A DNA stretch of 64,000 bases from the NCBI GenBank assembly GCA_016183245.1, contig JACPEY010000011.1, positions 5,568 to 69,567 on the forward strand, read 5' to 3'. The translations under genes and the position numbers were made by a program. This DNA is from Candidatus Daviesbacteria bacterium. GTDB taxonomy: Bacteria > Patescibacteriota > Microgenomatia > Daviesbacterales > UBA10151. The notes beneath the pieces were generated by a model, which saw only the letters and a program-made list of their open reading frames with translations, searched no databases and was not told the origin of the DNA. The stretch's first letter is position 1; each line of letters begins with the position of its first letter. Positions 45,479 to 54,670 of this stretch are shown here, piece after piece.

Positions 45479-45876
45479 AAACCCTGCTCAGGTATTTTTT
45501 AATAAATCTTGTTTCTTTATGGATAGTAACTAAAATAATTCCAGGCCTGACTTATACAGGCGGAATAAGAAGCTTGCTTTTGGGGGGATTAGCATTCATG
45601 GCAATTAATTTCCTACTAGTTCCTATGTTAAAGATCCTGTTTTTACCGCTTAATCTTTTGACCTTGGGGCTTTTTGCCTGGATTACCAATGTTTTGGCCC
45701 TTTATGCTTTGACTACGTTAGTTTCTGATTTCCGGCTGGTACCTTATGTCTTTCCGGGCTTAAATTATAACGGCCTGATATTACCGGCACTGGATTTGTC
45801 CCCTTTTTTAGTGGCAGTGGCTGCATCATTTTTAATCGGAATGATTACCCATTTCCTCCAGTGGCTGAGCCATTAA
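45475..45876 (+). CDS. DUF360 / phage-holin-family-4-like membrane protein (YvlD-like).
   Basis: Four TM segments with the pattern LINLVSLWIVTKIIPGL are present, and the start overlaps the uvrC stop. Confidence 0.55.
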   Translation: MKTLLRYFLINLVSLWIVTKIIPGLTYTGGIRSLLLGGLAFMAINFLLVPMLKILFLPLNLLTLGLFAWITNVLALYALTTLVSDFRLVPYVFPGLNYNGLILPALDLSPFLVAVAASFLIGMITHFLQWLSH

Positions 45877-45879
45877 TAA

Positions 45880-46116
45880 TTGTGTATAATGCTTGAATAT
45901 ATGAAATCAATAGTCTCTGTGATTCAAATTGTTCTGGGGATTCTACTAATTCTGGTAATTATCATCCAGCAAAAAGGTTCAGGTTTGGGAACAAGTTTTG
46001 GCGGAGATATGTCTTTTTACCGTACTAAAAGAGGTGCCGAGAAGATGCTGTTTTACGCGACCATTGGAATTGCTGTTGCTTTTATAATCTTCTCGCTGAT
46101 TGGATTAATTTTTTAA
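45880..46116 (+). CDS. secG: Preprotein translocase subunit SecG.
   Basis: Two TMs flank the Gly-rich loop QQKGSGLGTSFGG. Confidence 0.7.
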   Translation: MCIMLEYMKSIVSVIQIVLGILLILVIIIQQKGSGLGTSFGGDMSFYRTKRGAEKMLFYATIGIAVAFIIFSLIGLIF

Positions 46117-46124
46117 TATTTTCT

Positions 46125-47507
46125 ATGAACTTAAAGTCTCTAAGACTATACCTCTTAATTATTTTAGAGTATTTAAAAAGGAAAAAGTGGCTGATTATTG
46201 GAGGAATACTGGGAATAATTGTAATAGTTGCCATTCAATTGAAATTTAACCTTTTAAATTCAGAGGAAGTTTTACGGGTCGGTTTAATAGGTACTTATCA
46301 GGAACACGATCTACCGGAAGAATTAACAAAACTTATTTCAGCTCCTTTAGTTGAGGCAAGCAGTGATGGTAGGATAAAACCTAAGTTGGTAAAAGGATGG
46401 GAGGTCAATAATGATGCTACCCAGTTTAAATTTAAATTAAAGGATGATATTAAATGGTCTGATAATAGTCCTGTTAAATCTACTGATTTAGAATTTGGTA
46501 TTCCTAATGTCAGCGTTTCCTACCCTGATGATAAAACAATCCAATTTAACCTCAAAGAATCTTATTCTCCTTTGCCATCACTTTTGACAAAACCTACTTT
46601 TAAAAAAGGTACCCTATTTGGGGTTGGGCCGTACAGGGTTGCAAAGGTTGAAAAAAGCAGGATTTTTATTACAAAAATTATCCTGCAGCCGGATAACCCC
46701 GAGTTGCCGCAAGTGCATATTCGTTTCTACCCGAGTGAAAAAGTAGCTTTGACAGGTTTTAATTTAGGAGAGGTGCAACTTCTTTTAGGATTTAGTAATC
46801 CTAAACTTATTAATGCAAACCCTTTAATTGATATTAAGCAAACAATTGATTATTCAAAAATTGTCACAATTTTTTTTCAAACTGAAGATCCTTTGCTCAA
46901 GAACCGGTCACTCCGTCAGGCTTTGTCTTATCAAACTTCTGAGGTTGGAGGAGAGCAAGTTGCCAATAATCCTTATCCGCCAAATTATTGGGTTTATGAT
47001 GCGTTTGCAAAGAAATATCTATCTAATCCTGAAGAAGCCCAGGCAGCTCTTGAGCGGGCAAAATCCCAGCTTTCGGATGACCAATTGCATTCAGAAATAG
47101 TTCTGACAGCTATCCCAAATCTGGAAGAGGTAGGAAAAGCGGTTGTGGAATCCTGGAAAAAATTGGGGTTTGATGCAAAGCTGCGCGTAGAATCCGGCAT
47201 ACCGCAAAACTTTCAGGCACTCCTGATTACACAAAGCATTCCTATTGACCCTGACCAGTATTTTTTATGGCATGCAACCCAGGCAAAAACTAATTTAACC
47301 AAATACAACTCAAAAAGAGTAGATAAAGATTTGGAGGATGGCAGAAAAATTATTACGGAGGATGAGAGAAAAGCTAAGTATTTCGATTTTCAAAAAATAC
47401 TGCTGGAAGATGCCCCTGCAGCCTTCCTTTATTTCCCAAAATACAACATAGTCTCTTTAAAAAAAGTTGAACCTGTATTGAATAAAGTCTTAAACTTGCT
47501 GAGGTAA
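46125..47507 (+). CDS. Solute-binding-protein family-5-like (peptide/nickel SBP-like) protein, membrane-anchored, not adjacent to ABC transporter components.
   Basis: The GVGPYRVAKVEKSRIFITKI and LTGFNLGEVQLL blocks resemble the SBP_bac_5 core. Confidence 0.4.
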   Translation: MNLKSLRLYLLIILEYLKRKKWLIIGGILGIIVIVAIQLKFNLLNSEEVLRVGLIGTYQEHDLPEELTKLISAPLVEASSDGRIKPKLVKGWEVNNDATQFKFKLKDDIKWSDNSPVKSTDLEFGIPNVSVSYPDDKTIQFNLKESYSPLPSLLTKPTFKKGTLFGVGPYRVAKVEKSRIFITKIILQPDNPELPQVHIRFYPSEKVALTGFNLGEVQLLLGFSNPKLINANPLIDIKQTIDYSKIVTIFFQTEDPLLKNRSLRQALSYQTSEVGGEQVANNPYPPNYWVYDAFAKKYLSNPEEAQAALERAKSQLSDDQLHSEIVLTAIPNLEEVGKAVVESWKKLGFDAKLRVESGIPQNFQALLITQSIPIDPDQYFLWHATQAKTNLTKYNSKRVDKDLEDGRKIITEDERKAKYFDFQKILLEDAPAAFLYFPKYNIVSLKKVEPVLNKVLNLLR

Positions 47508-47509
47508 GC

Positions 47510-47896
47510 TTATGCGCGGGCTTTGGGGTGATGGCCGTTGCCGTTTGACTTTAAGATGCCGCTTTTTCTTAAGGTATCAAGTTCGTGTTGGGTAGCCCTC
47601 ATCTGGTGGCCCATATAGATTAAGATTGTATGGGCTTTTTCTTCACTCTCTTTAATTTTCTCAATATGTTTTTCCATATCCGTAAAACTTTGAGCTTGCT
47701 TGTTAATTGAAGCCTGGATAGAAATTGTGATGTAAATTACTTCCAAAGAAACTGCTGCGGCCAGGATAACAAGGATTGAGCCTGTTGTAAGTCCAAACAT
47801 GCTTAGAGCAAAAATCCCGCCAAAAAACACGGCATTAATAACTAAGGATAAGAAGATCTTTGGAGGCGGAGCTAGTTTTTTCAAAATCATAGACAA
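47510..47896 (-). CDS. Small two-TM membrane protein, DUF1003-like.
   Basis: Two TM segments are followed by a charged C-terminal tail. Confidence 0.35.
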   Translation of the reverse strand: MSMILKKLAPPPKIFLSLVINAVFFGGIFALSMFGLTTGSILVILAAAVSLEVIYITISIQASINKQAQSFTDMEKHIEKIKESEEKAHTILIYMGHQMRATQHELDTLRKSGILKSNGNGHHPKARA

Positions 47897-48000
47897 ATCC
47901 TTCCTTCAAGCCAACAAAAAAATCCCTACACCTGCTCTTTCTTCGGTTTTCTAGAGATTTCAAGTTCATTGTCTCGCTATTTCTGATGGTTGTCAACCCC

Positions 48001-49095
48001 CTAAAACCAGCCTTTTTTCCTGAAATAAAGTAGCATCACTATCGCAGGAGTTGCAGAAACTGCAAGAATGATTATAAGGGTTGTATAATTACCCCAAAAT
48101 GTTAGCGGACCTGTTTCCAGGCCGCCCGGAAGCAGGATATTCATCCCGTAAAATGTTCCTATCAGCGTGGCAGGGATTGAAAGTGTGAAGATAATAGTTA
48201 AAACTGCCAATATTCTGTTTGTTTTCTCGGTACTGGAAATAAAGTCAGCATCTTTGTAAATATCCACCGTTTCCCTTGCTTCTTCCAAAGTTTCCCAGGC
48301 TCTGTCAATCCGATGGGTAATATCTACAAAATAAACTGTTAAATTCCGGCGGGTGAACTTATTTATTTTGTCCTGGATGTCTTTGAGCAATACCCTAAGA
48401 GGTCCGATTATCCTCTTTAAGCTGATGATCTTTCGCCGAAGCTGTCCTATCTGATAAACACCGGAAACTTTATCATCAAACACGATATCTTCAGCACTCT
48501 CAACCTCTATTAAGATCTTTTTCAAAAGAGGAGTAAGGTCGTCTGTTAATTGCTCAATAATTGTATATAAAAGATGTGAAGGGGAGTTGTTGATATATGC
48601 CTGGCGCTGCTGAGGGTTTTCCTTACATGAGTCGAATATATTTGAGATAATGTTGTCAGAATTTTCATGGATCGTAACCAAATAGTTTTTTCCCAAAAAG
48701 AAACAAAATTGACGTGTGCTAATATTGCCATCGCGCTCATGCAGTTGGGGGAAACGGAAAAGCAAAAATAAATATTTATCCTCATCACTTTGTTCAATTT
48801 TTGGAAACTGGCTTTTGGATATACAATCCTCAAGATGCAAAGGGTGAAATGGGTATTTCTGAGCCAGTTCTGAGATCTGTTTTCTGGTAGGGTCTCTTAC
48901 ATCTACCCAGGTAATTTTTCCTTGTTGCAGAGTCTGTATTTTTTCTGTTTTATAAGTTGTGACTACCTCTTTTTCCCCGTTTTCTGCAGGGTTTAGAAAA
49001 TATAAGTAATATTTGAAAGCCTCGGCAATTTTCTTATGCGGCTTGCCAAGTAAAATTTGAATCTCTTTTAATGTGTCTTTTAGTGTTTTGGTCAT
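48001..49095 (-). CDS. corA: Magnesium/cobalt transporter CorA.
   Basis: The GMN signature (FYGMNILLPGG) lies before the last TMs. Confidence 0.8.
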   Translation of the reverse strand: MTKTLKDTLKEIQILLGKPHKKIAEAFKYYLYFLNPAENGEKEVVTTYKTEKIQTLQQGKITWVDVRDPTRKQISELAQKYPFHPLHLEDCISKSQFPKIEQSDEDKYLFLLFRFPQLHERDGNISTRQFCFFLGKNYLVTIHENSDNIISNIFDSCKENPQQRQAYINNSPSHLLYTIIEQLTDDLTPLLKKILIEVESAEDIVFDDKVSGVYQIGQLRRKIISLKRIIGPLRVLLKDIQDKINKFTRRNLTVYFVDITHRIDRAWETLEEARETVDIYKDADFISSTEKTNRILAVLTIIFTLSIPATLIGTFYGMNILLPGGLETGPLTFWGNYTTLIIILAVSATPAIVMLLYFRKKGWF

Positions 49096-49179
49096 AATTT
49101 TCGCCTATAGTTTTCATCTGTTCTACGCTCAGAAAGTTAAGTTTAGTCCTGCTTCTAAGGTGTTGTCAATAGCGGAAAA

Positions 49180-50085
49180 ATGTGTATAAAATATTATATG
49201 AAAGCTGAAGCTTTAAACGCACCGTTTCAAGGATCTTTTGACGATTTATTTCTTCCGTCGAAATTAAGAGAAAAAGGTGGCAGGCATGATTTTATGAGGG
49301 GGAGGCTGGGTATTGTAAGGACATGTGTAGAACAGGCAGGACTAGCCGTACCTTTACGATATCGAGAGGATGAGCATTTCTGGTTTACGGTAATGAGGAA
49401 TTATCGAGTTACGTCCAGTACCCTAAGGCGTAGAATGCCTGGTAGTAATTTTAAAACAACATCACTGGAGCTTGCAGTGGAGAATGCAGGAAGGATTTTA
49501 GCAGTAGAGCAAGACGCAGCTTTAGATCCTTTAACAGGTGCCTGGTCTCGGGGTTCCTTGGACAGATTCTTAAGTAATGTATTAAATACGGCTACCAGAA
49601 GGATGTCTACTGCAGGAGTGCTGATGATAGATGTAGACTATTTTAAGAAATATAATGATCAAGAAGGACATAAAGCAGGGGATCAAATTCTTATAGATAT
49701 GGTACGTATATTACAAGGATCTGTGCGTGGAAACGACATGGTGGCAAGATATGGCGGAGAAGAATTTACAATTGTATTACCAGTTTTAACAGCTCCGCGA
49801 CTGGCTTCTGTAAGGGCTGAAGAATTCAGGAGAAGGATTGCTGAAATGACGCGGGTTACTGTTAGTATAGGAGTTACTACTGTATCTAAACAAGATGAAG
49901 ATGTTGAGTCTGTTCTTGTAAGAGCAGACGGTAATCTTTATAGGGCAAAAGAAGGAGGAAGAAATGTGGTCTTTGATGATAGAGGGAGAGTAACCGCAAG
50001 AGATAAAAAAATAATTCCAAAGCAAGCATGGCTTCGCTTGGCGAGCGAGGCAGCTGCGGGAATTCCTGGCATTATTCCTGTCTGA
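49180..50085 (+). CDS. GGDEF-domain diguanylate cyclase.
   Basis: The active-site motif RYGGEEFTIVLP and the substrate-binding blocks YNDQEGHKAGD and RADGNLYRAKEGGRN are present. The start may be the internal MKAEAL. Confidence 0.7.
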   Translation: MCIKYYMKAEALNAPFQGSFDDLFLPSKLREKGGRHDFMRGRLGIVRTCVEQAGLAVPLRYREDEHFWFTVMRNYRVTSSTLRRRMPGSNFKTTSLELAVENAGRILAVEQDAALDPLTGAWSRGSLDRFLSNVLNTATRRMSTAGVLMIDVDYFKKYNDQEGHKAGDQILIDMVRILQGSVRGNDMVARYGGEEFTIVLPVLTAPRLASVRAEEFRRRIAEMTRVTVSIGVTTVSKQDEDVESVLVRADGNLYRAKEGGRNVVFDDRGRVTARDKKIIPKQAWLRLASEAAAGIPGIIPV

Positions 50086-50147
50086 CGGCCTAAACTCAGA
50101 GTTTGCTTATTGGTTTGGCCTAAAAAATGCATAATAAAGTACAATAG

Positions 50148-51182
50148 CTATTTATTCCTCAAAATATAGTAAGTTGCTTTCCCCTTATCTTTTCTATCAA
50201 CTAGGCCTAAATCTATTAATTTTTTAAAATCTAATGCCCTGGTTGCTTTTGCACGATCAACTAATTTAGCGTAATCTCGATCAGCAATGAATCCTTTCTC
50301 CCTAATAAACTCAAGTATTTTTAGATGATAAGGTTTAAGTTGTGTTTCTGGACTAATCCCAACTCCTGGTAAGATTTTTTGGATTCTTAAAAGTTCATCA
50401 ATAATTCCCTCGGTAAAATATTCCAGCCATGGGGTGAAATCTATTTTACCTTCCAGTTCATAATAATTACCAAATTCTCCTACTGTCTGAAAATATTTAG
50501 TAACGTTTTTGCTATAGTAGTTTTCAAAGCTAAACAAGTTAAAAGTGTTCAGTCCCACTTCAGCAAGCAACACTTTTGTAGCAAGACGGGTTGATCTGCC
50601 GTTACCATCCATAAAAGGATGGATAATTACCATCTGCTTATGGAAAATACCAGCTAAAATGAGTGGGTCAATTTTATCTCTGTTATTTTTTGTGAACTCA
50701 ATAATATCCTTTAGAAGTTCCTTTACATCTTTTGCGTCAGGAGGTAAATATATAACTTTTCTCGTTCTCGGATCATTTACAACTACCGGTTTTTCTCTTA
50801 ATTTTCCAGATTCAAATTTAGGTAATAATCCTTCGGTAATTTGTTTTTGGATTTTTAGAATAAGATTAAGAGATAATCTCACTTGTGCTTTTTCAAGATT
50901 TACATTTAAATTTTGTAACGCTTGATTGTAATTTAAAACTTCCCTTTCGCTATCTCTGATATGGGCAGGCTTAGATTTAAGGATTTTTTTAACTTCTGTT
51001 AGAGGAAGGGGGTTCCCTTCAATACTAGTTGAGGCATACGCTGAAACAGCCCTTGCAGTTCTTTCAAGTTCTACTAACACAACATGAGGGAATCTCCTAT
51101 TATTTAGTTCATTTACTAAAGTATTAATTCTTTTAATATTTGCAAGAAGACGATCCGTAATAGTATATTGAGGTATAAACAT
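50148..51182 (-). CDS. Fic-family protein (AMPylator/Doc-like) with a C-terminal winged HTH.
   Basis: The Fic motif HPFMDGNGRSTR is present. Confidence 0.85.
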   Translation of the reverse strand: MFIPQYTITDRLLANIKRINTLVNELNNRRFPHVVLVELERTARAVSAYASTSIEGNPLPLTEVKKILKSKPAHIRDSEREVLNYNQALQNLNVNLEKAQVRLSLNLILKIQKQITEGLLPKFESGKLREKPVVVNDPRTRKVIYLPPDAKDVKELLKDIIEFTKNNRDKIDPLILAGIFHKQMVIIHPFMDGNGRSTRLATKVLLAEVGLNTFNLFSFENYYSKNVTKYFQTVGEFGNYYELEGKIDFTPWLEYFTEGIIDELLRIQKILPGVGISPETQLKPYHLKILEFIREKGFIADRDYAKLVDRAKATRALDFKKLIDLGLVDRKDKGKATYYILRNK

Positions 51183-51405
51183 ATAGTCTAATTATAAGCA
51201 GAGCTTGAAATACTCCATAGTCGTATTATAGACGATAATTAGACGATTGGCAAGAAGAAAAATTTCGATCCTTGTATTCTCTCGGAATAAGGTTCTGGAG
51301 GTATGACAACAGCTTTCGGTAGTTCTGCCATATTTTGTTGAATTATTAGAACGTTTTTAAATTCCTATTAACTTCTTTCATCTATAACCGCAGGTTACAC
51401 TCTTT

Positions 51406-51419
51406 TTAACAATTGTTAA
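51406..51419. promoter_or_regulatory. Perfect 14-bp palindrome TTAACAATTGTTAA (operator-like), distal copy.
   Basis: The palindrome was seen directly and lies in the intergenic region between the Fic gene and the HTH gene. Confidence 0.35.
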
Positions 51420-51626
51420 CTTGTGATCCCAACGATACTCTCCACAGACTGCAAGAATTCGTTGAAACCTTTCTTTCTATGAAGATTTTACCAGATTTAA
51501 TATGGTGGTTGCAACCAGAATTAGCCTCAAAAATGCCTGAAAGAAGAGTATAACCCCTTTTCTTATACTTTTTACTTCTTTCAAATCTTGTTTAAAAACC
51601 TATTTTTTATGCAAAATCATGTACAA

Positions 51627-51638
51627 TAACAATTGTTA
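51627..51638. promoter_or_regulatory. Palindrome TAACAATTGTTA (operator-like) about 20 bp upstream of the small HTH gene, overlapping a TACAAT -10-like hexamer.
   Basis: The sequence gtacaataacaattgttaac lies immediately upstream of the ATG at 51660. Confidence 0.4.
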
Positions 51639-51659
51639 ACTACTTTTAATTAGGATAAG

Positions 51660-51839
51660 ATGGAGCGGTCAAAACTTCTTACAATTAACCAAGTTGCGAA
51701 AATACTAGGGGTCTTACCTTCAACCCTTAGAAGATGGGATAAGTCTGGAAAACTAAAGGCAATTAGGATTGGAAATAAACGAGGAGTCGGAGAAAGACGA
51801 TATCGGAGAGAAGATATTATCAGATTAATAACACAGTAA
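51660..51839 (+). CDS. Small 59-aa HTH DNA-binding protein (excisionase/MerR-like), absent from the ORF track because it is under 60 aa.
   Basis: The translation MERSKLLTINQVAKILGVLPSTLRRWDKSGKLKAIRIGNKRGVGERRYRREDIIRLITQ carries the classic LTxxEVAxxLGVSxxTLRRW HTH. Confidence 0.55.
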   Translation: MERSKLLTINQVAKILGVLPSTLRRWDKSGKLKAIRIGNKRGVGERRYRREDIIRLITQ

Positions 51840-51896
51840 AAACTGATTACTTTCTACTTTAATAAAATTAGTGACTATAACCGTTCAAAGATATTT

Positions 51897-52652
51897 TTAA
51901 TCAGAGGTAGGTATTCCTCTTAATTGATAAGAAGCTCGTCTGTATCCATCATGTCTTTTATTAAGTAATCGAACAGCAGTTTCTAAACCTGCCACATTTG
52001 TGATATTGAGTGATTCAAAAGCTCGAGAAATAAAACTAGAAGTAGCTTCTCCAGCTCTCTGAAGTTGTGGATGCTCGTCCATTCTTGCAATAGCTTGATT
52101 TTGATGCAATAGATCAAAAAGTTCTCTGTGTCTTTGCTCGGCCGCTGAAATTGCCTTAATACCAAACTGTTCTATAAGATCATTTTCCCATTTACCTGCA
52201 TATTGCGGCCATCTACGAGCTAAATCTCTATACGTTGTAAAAAGTTCTTCTGGTTTACCTGCAGCTACTCTTACTAAATGGTAGCCAGCATGACAAGCCA
52301 AGAATTGTCCATCTAACGCTCCCTCTTCAAACATAATCCTTTTCAAATCATTTATCGCTGATCTTAAATCAGCATTATAAGCGGGTGTCTGACCGTCAGA
52401 AGTTCTGAAGGTCGTTAATAGCCGACTGCAAACATCATCCAGGTTATCTGAAGGGAATACCGTAGTCCAGGGAATATCAGTGGTTCCGCTATCTTCTTGT
52501 GTCAAAATAGCATTAGCAACTTCAATAGCCACTTGCCTAGGAAGCGGTTCAAAAACCTTTTTGGCTTTCTCCCCAATAGGAACAAGCCATTCATTTGAGG
52601 TATAACGATTCGCTCGATCTTCTGTACTCATTATTGTTGCTAATTTTACCAT
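51897..52652 (-). CDS. Hypothetical protein.
   Basis: An intact 251-aa ORF with no recognised motif. It lies between the HTH gene and tRNA-Lys(CUU). Confidence 0.4.
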   Translation of the reverse strand: MVKLATIMSTEDRANRYTSNEWLVPIGEKAKKVFEPLPRQVAIEVANAILTQEDSGTTDIPWTTVFPSDNLDDVCSRLLTTFRTSDGQTPAYNADLRSAINDLKRIMFEEGALDGQFLACHAGYHLVRVAAGKPEELFTTYRDLARRWPQYAGKWENDLIEQFGIKAISAAEQRHRELFDLLHQNQAIARMDEHPQLQRAGEATSSFISRAFESLNITNVAGLETAVRLLNKRHDGYRRASYQLRGIPTSD

Positions 52653-52996
52653 CTTCTACTACGCTTTTCAGGCTATAGGATTAGTTATAGGAGGTGATTA
52701 TCGTAAATGTTACCTTTGGATGTGATTAGAAAATATTATCCTGACTTATCAGATGAAGAATTGAAAAAAATACAGGTGTTTGTTTACCAGTTATGTTGTG
52801 GATTAATGCAATACTTTTATGGAGACAACTGGGAAGGGGATACTGGTGATCCGGACTTGAAAAATGAAGAAGGTTGATATAACAACCTAATCATGAGTTC
52901 GAATCCTAAGCGGTCTCTCGTTTATAGGATTAAATCTAAGCAATTTTTCTCGAATTGCCGAAGCTAAAATTTTGCAAAAGCACTTATATCATCCTG

Positions 52997-53068
52997 TGAG
53001 CCGGGTGGGATTCGAACCCACGGCCAATGGATTAAGAGTCCATTGCTCTACCGCTGAGCTACCGGCCC
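52997..53068 (-). tRNA. tRNA-Lys(CUU).
   Basis: A manual cloverleaf gives acceptor GGGCCGG/CCGGCUC, anticodon stem AUGGA/UCCAU, loop CUCUUAA and T-arm GUGGGUUCGAAUCCCAC. Confidence 0.8.
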
Positions 53069-53263
53069 GTTATAATCTATCTTTCAAAAACTTTCTTCCA
53101 AATCCTGTCTTAAAATATCTTTCTCTTTTCAATTCAATGAGTCCCGCCCGCAACGCCTGAGCAAGCTTCAACATCAAACTACATTGTATATTCTAACAAT
53201 TTATGCTCAAAATGTCATTTCTGGGAACAGAGGGAACAGAAAAGAGGGGTGCTGTAATAATCA

Positions 53264-53833
53264 CTAGTAAGGCGTCAGATCTTTTTTAGCCTGAGGATTA
53301 TTTCTGTCTCTATACCATATTAATGGGTTATTCAGAATATATTTGGATATTTTATTAAGGTCTTTTTCATTCCTGATGATATGTTCGTAATAATTACGTT
53401 GCCAAACCCGTTTATCAAATGGAACCCAATTTAAATTTTTAACATTATTAATATAATTATTTGTGGTCATGGTTTTAAACCATTGAATAATTGTTCCCAA
53501 TGTTGGATTTATTGTAGGGGTTGACCTGCGTGTCAACCCTGATTCATTGGGCGGACACATAGGTCCGCCCCTACAAATAAAAATAATTCCATGGATATGG
53601 TTGGGCATAATTTGAGATTGACCCAATTCAATACTAGGGAATTTGACTGGAATCTGAAACCAATAATAATTAACCATTTTTCCGATATCATTTAACACCA
53701 TTTTCCCATTGTTAATATCCCCAAATAACATTTCTCTATCTTGAGTGCAAATTGTTACAAAATATGCCCCATCAGAAGAATAATTAAATCCCTTTAATCT
53801 AATGGAACGGCGATGGTATTGCTTTGTGTTCAC
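53264..53833 (-). CDS. IS200-like Y1 (HUH) transposase, COG1943 type.
   Basis: The blocks YFVTICTQDRE, the HUH motif MPNHIHGII and RNYYEHIIRNEKDLNKISKYILNNP are present. Confidence 0.75.
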   Translation of the reverse strand: MNTKQYHRRSIRLKGFNYSSDGAYFVTICTQDREMLFGDINNGKMVLNDIGKMVNYYWFQIPVKFPSIELGQSQIMPNHIHGIIFICRGGPMCPPNESGLTRRSTPTINPTLGTIIQWFKTMTTNNYINNVKNLNWVPFDKRVWQRNYYEHIIRNEKDLNKISKYILNNPLIWYRDRNNPQAKKDLTPY

Positions 53834-53884
53834 ATTTTCTTCTATATCTACTTTACTACAATTTTTTTAGGATTAATAAAAAGT

Positions 53885-54586
53885 ATGCTAGACTTAAATT
53901 TCATGGGGTATTTTCTGCTTTTTCTTGTTGAGCTTGTTTTTCTGTTCTTCCTATCCAGAAAACTGGTTGATAGCCTGGCGCGGATTATCTATAAATTTAC
54001 CGGAAGCCACCGGGCCGTAGTGCATACTCTGGCAGTAATATTTCTACCCGGGACTATAATTCATGAGTTGGCTCATCTTTTATTTGCAGGTATTATGCTG
54101 GTGCCTGTAGGGGAGTTAAGTATAATTCCGGAGATTGAAGAGGGTGGGGTAAAGCTGGGAAGTGTGCAGATTGGAAAAACAGATCCTTTCAGAAGGATGA
54201 TTATCGGGGTTGCCCCCGTGCTTTTGGGGATGATTTTAATATTTTCTTTATTTCTTTTTGTAAAATTTGGTGTAAGCCCCTGGTGGCAGATAGTTTTAGT
54301 TTTGTATTTAATTTTTGAAATCGGCAACACCATGTTTTCTTCCAAAAAAGATATTGAAGGAAGTATTTTATTTTTAGTATTGATTATTACTCTCTTACTG
54401 GCAGCTGGAACATTTTTGTATTTTATCAACCCGGCTACTTTGCAAAATTTATGGCTATATATTTTTAAGTTAAATTTTGAATTTGCTGCAAATTTTTTCA
54501 AACAAGGTTCTATCTACCTAGCAATACCTGTTGTTTTAAATATCTTAATCATATTATTGACAAGGCCTTTCAGGAAAGGATTTTAG
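53885..54586 (+). CDS. Polytopic membrane protein with an HExxH motif (M50/site-2-protease-like metalloprotease).
   Basis: The motif TIIHELAHLLFAG sits in a TM context. The start was moved to the internal MLDLNF because 53813 overlaps the transposase. Confidence 0.4.
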   Translation: MLDLNFMGYFLLFLVELVFLFFLSRKLVDSLARIIYKFTGSHRAVVHTLAVIFLPGTIIHELAHLLFAGIMLVPVGELSIIPEIEEGGVKLGSVQIGKTDPFRRMIIGVAPVLLGMILIFSLFLFVKFGVSPWWQIVLVLYLIFEIGNTMFSSKKDIEGSILFLVLIITLLLAAGTFLYFINPATLQNLWLYIFKLNFEFAANFFKQGSIYLAIPVVLNILIILLTRPFRKGF

Positions 54587-54670
54587 CTTGTTATTTTGAG
54601 CTTGAAGTGGTAAACTACGCATACTGCTTATGTACCCCGTCATAGCGGGGTTTTTTAATGGCAGATATTT

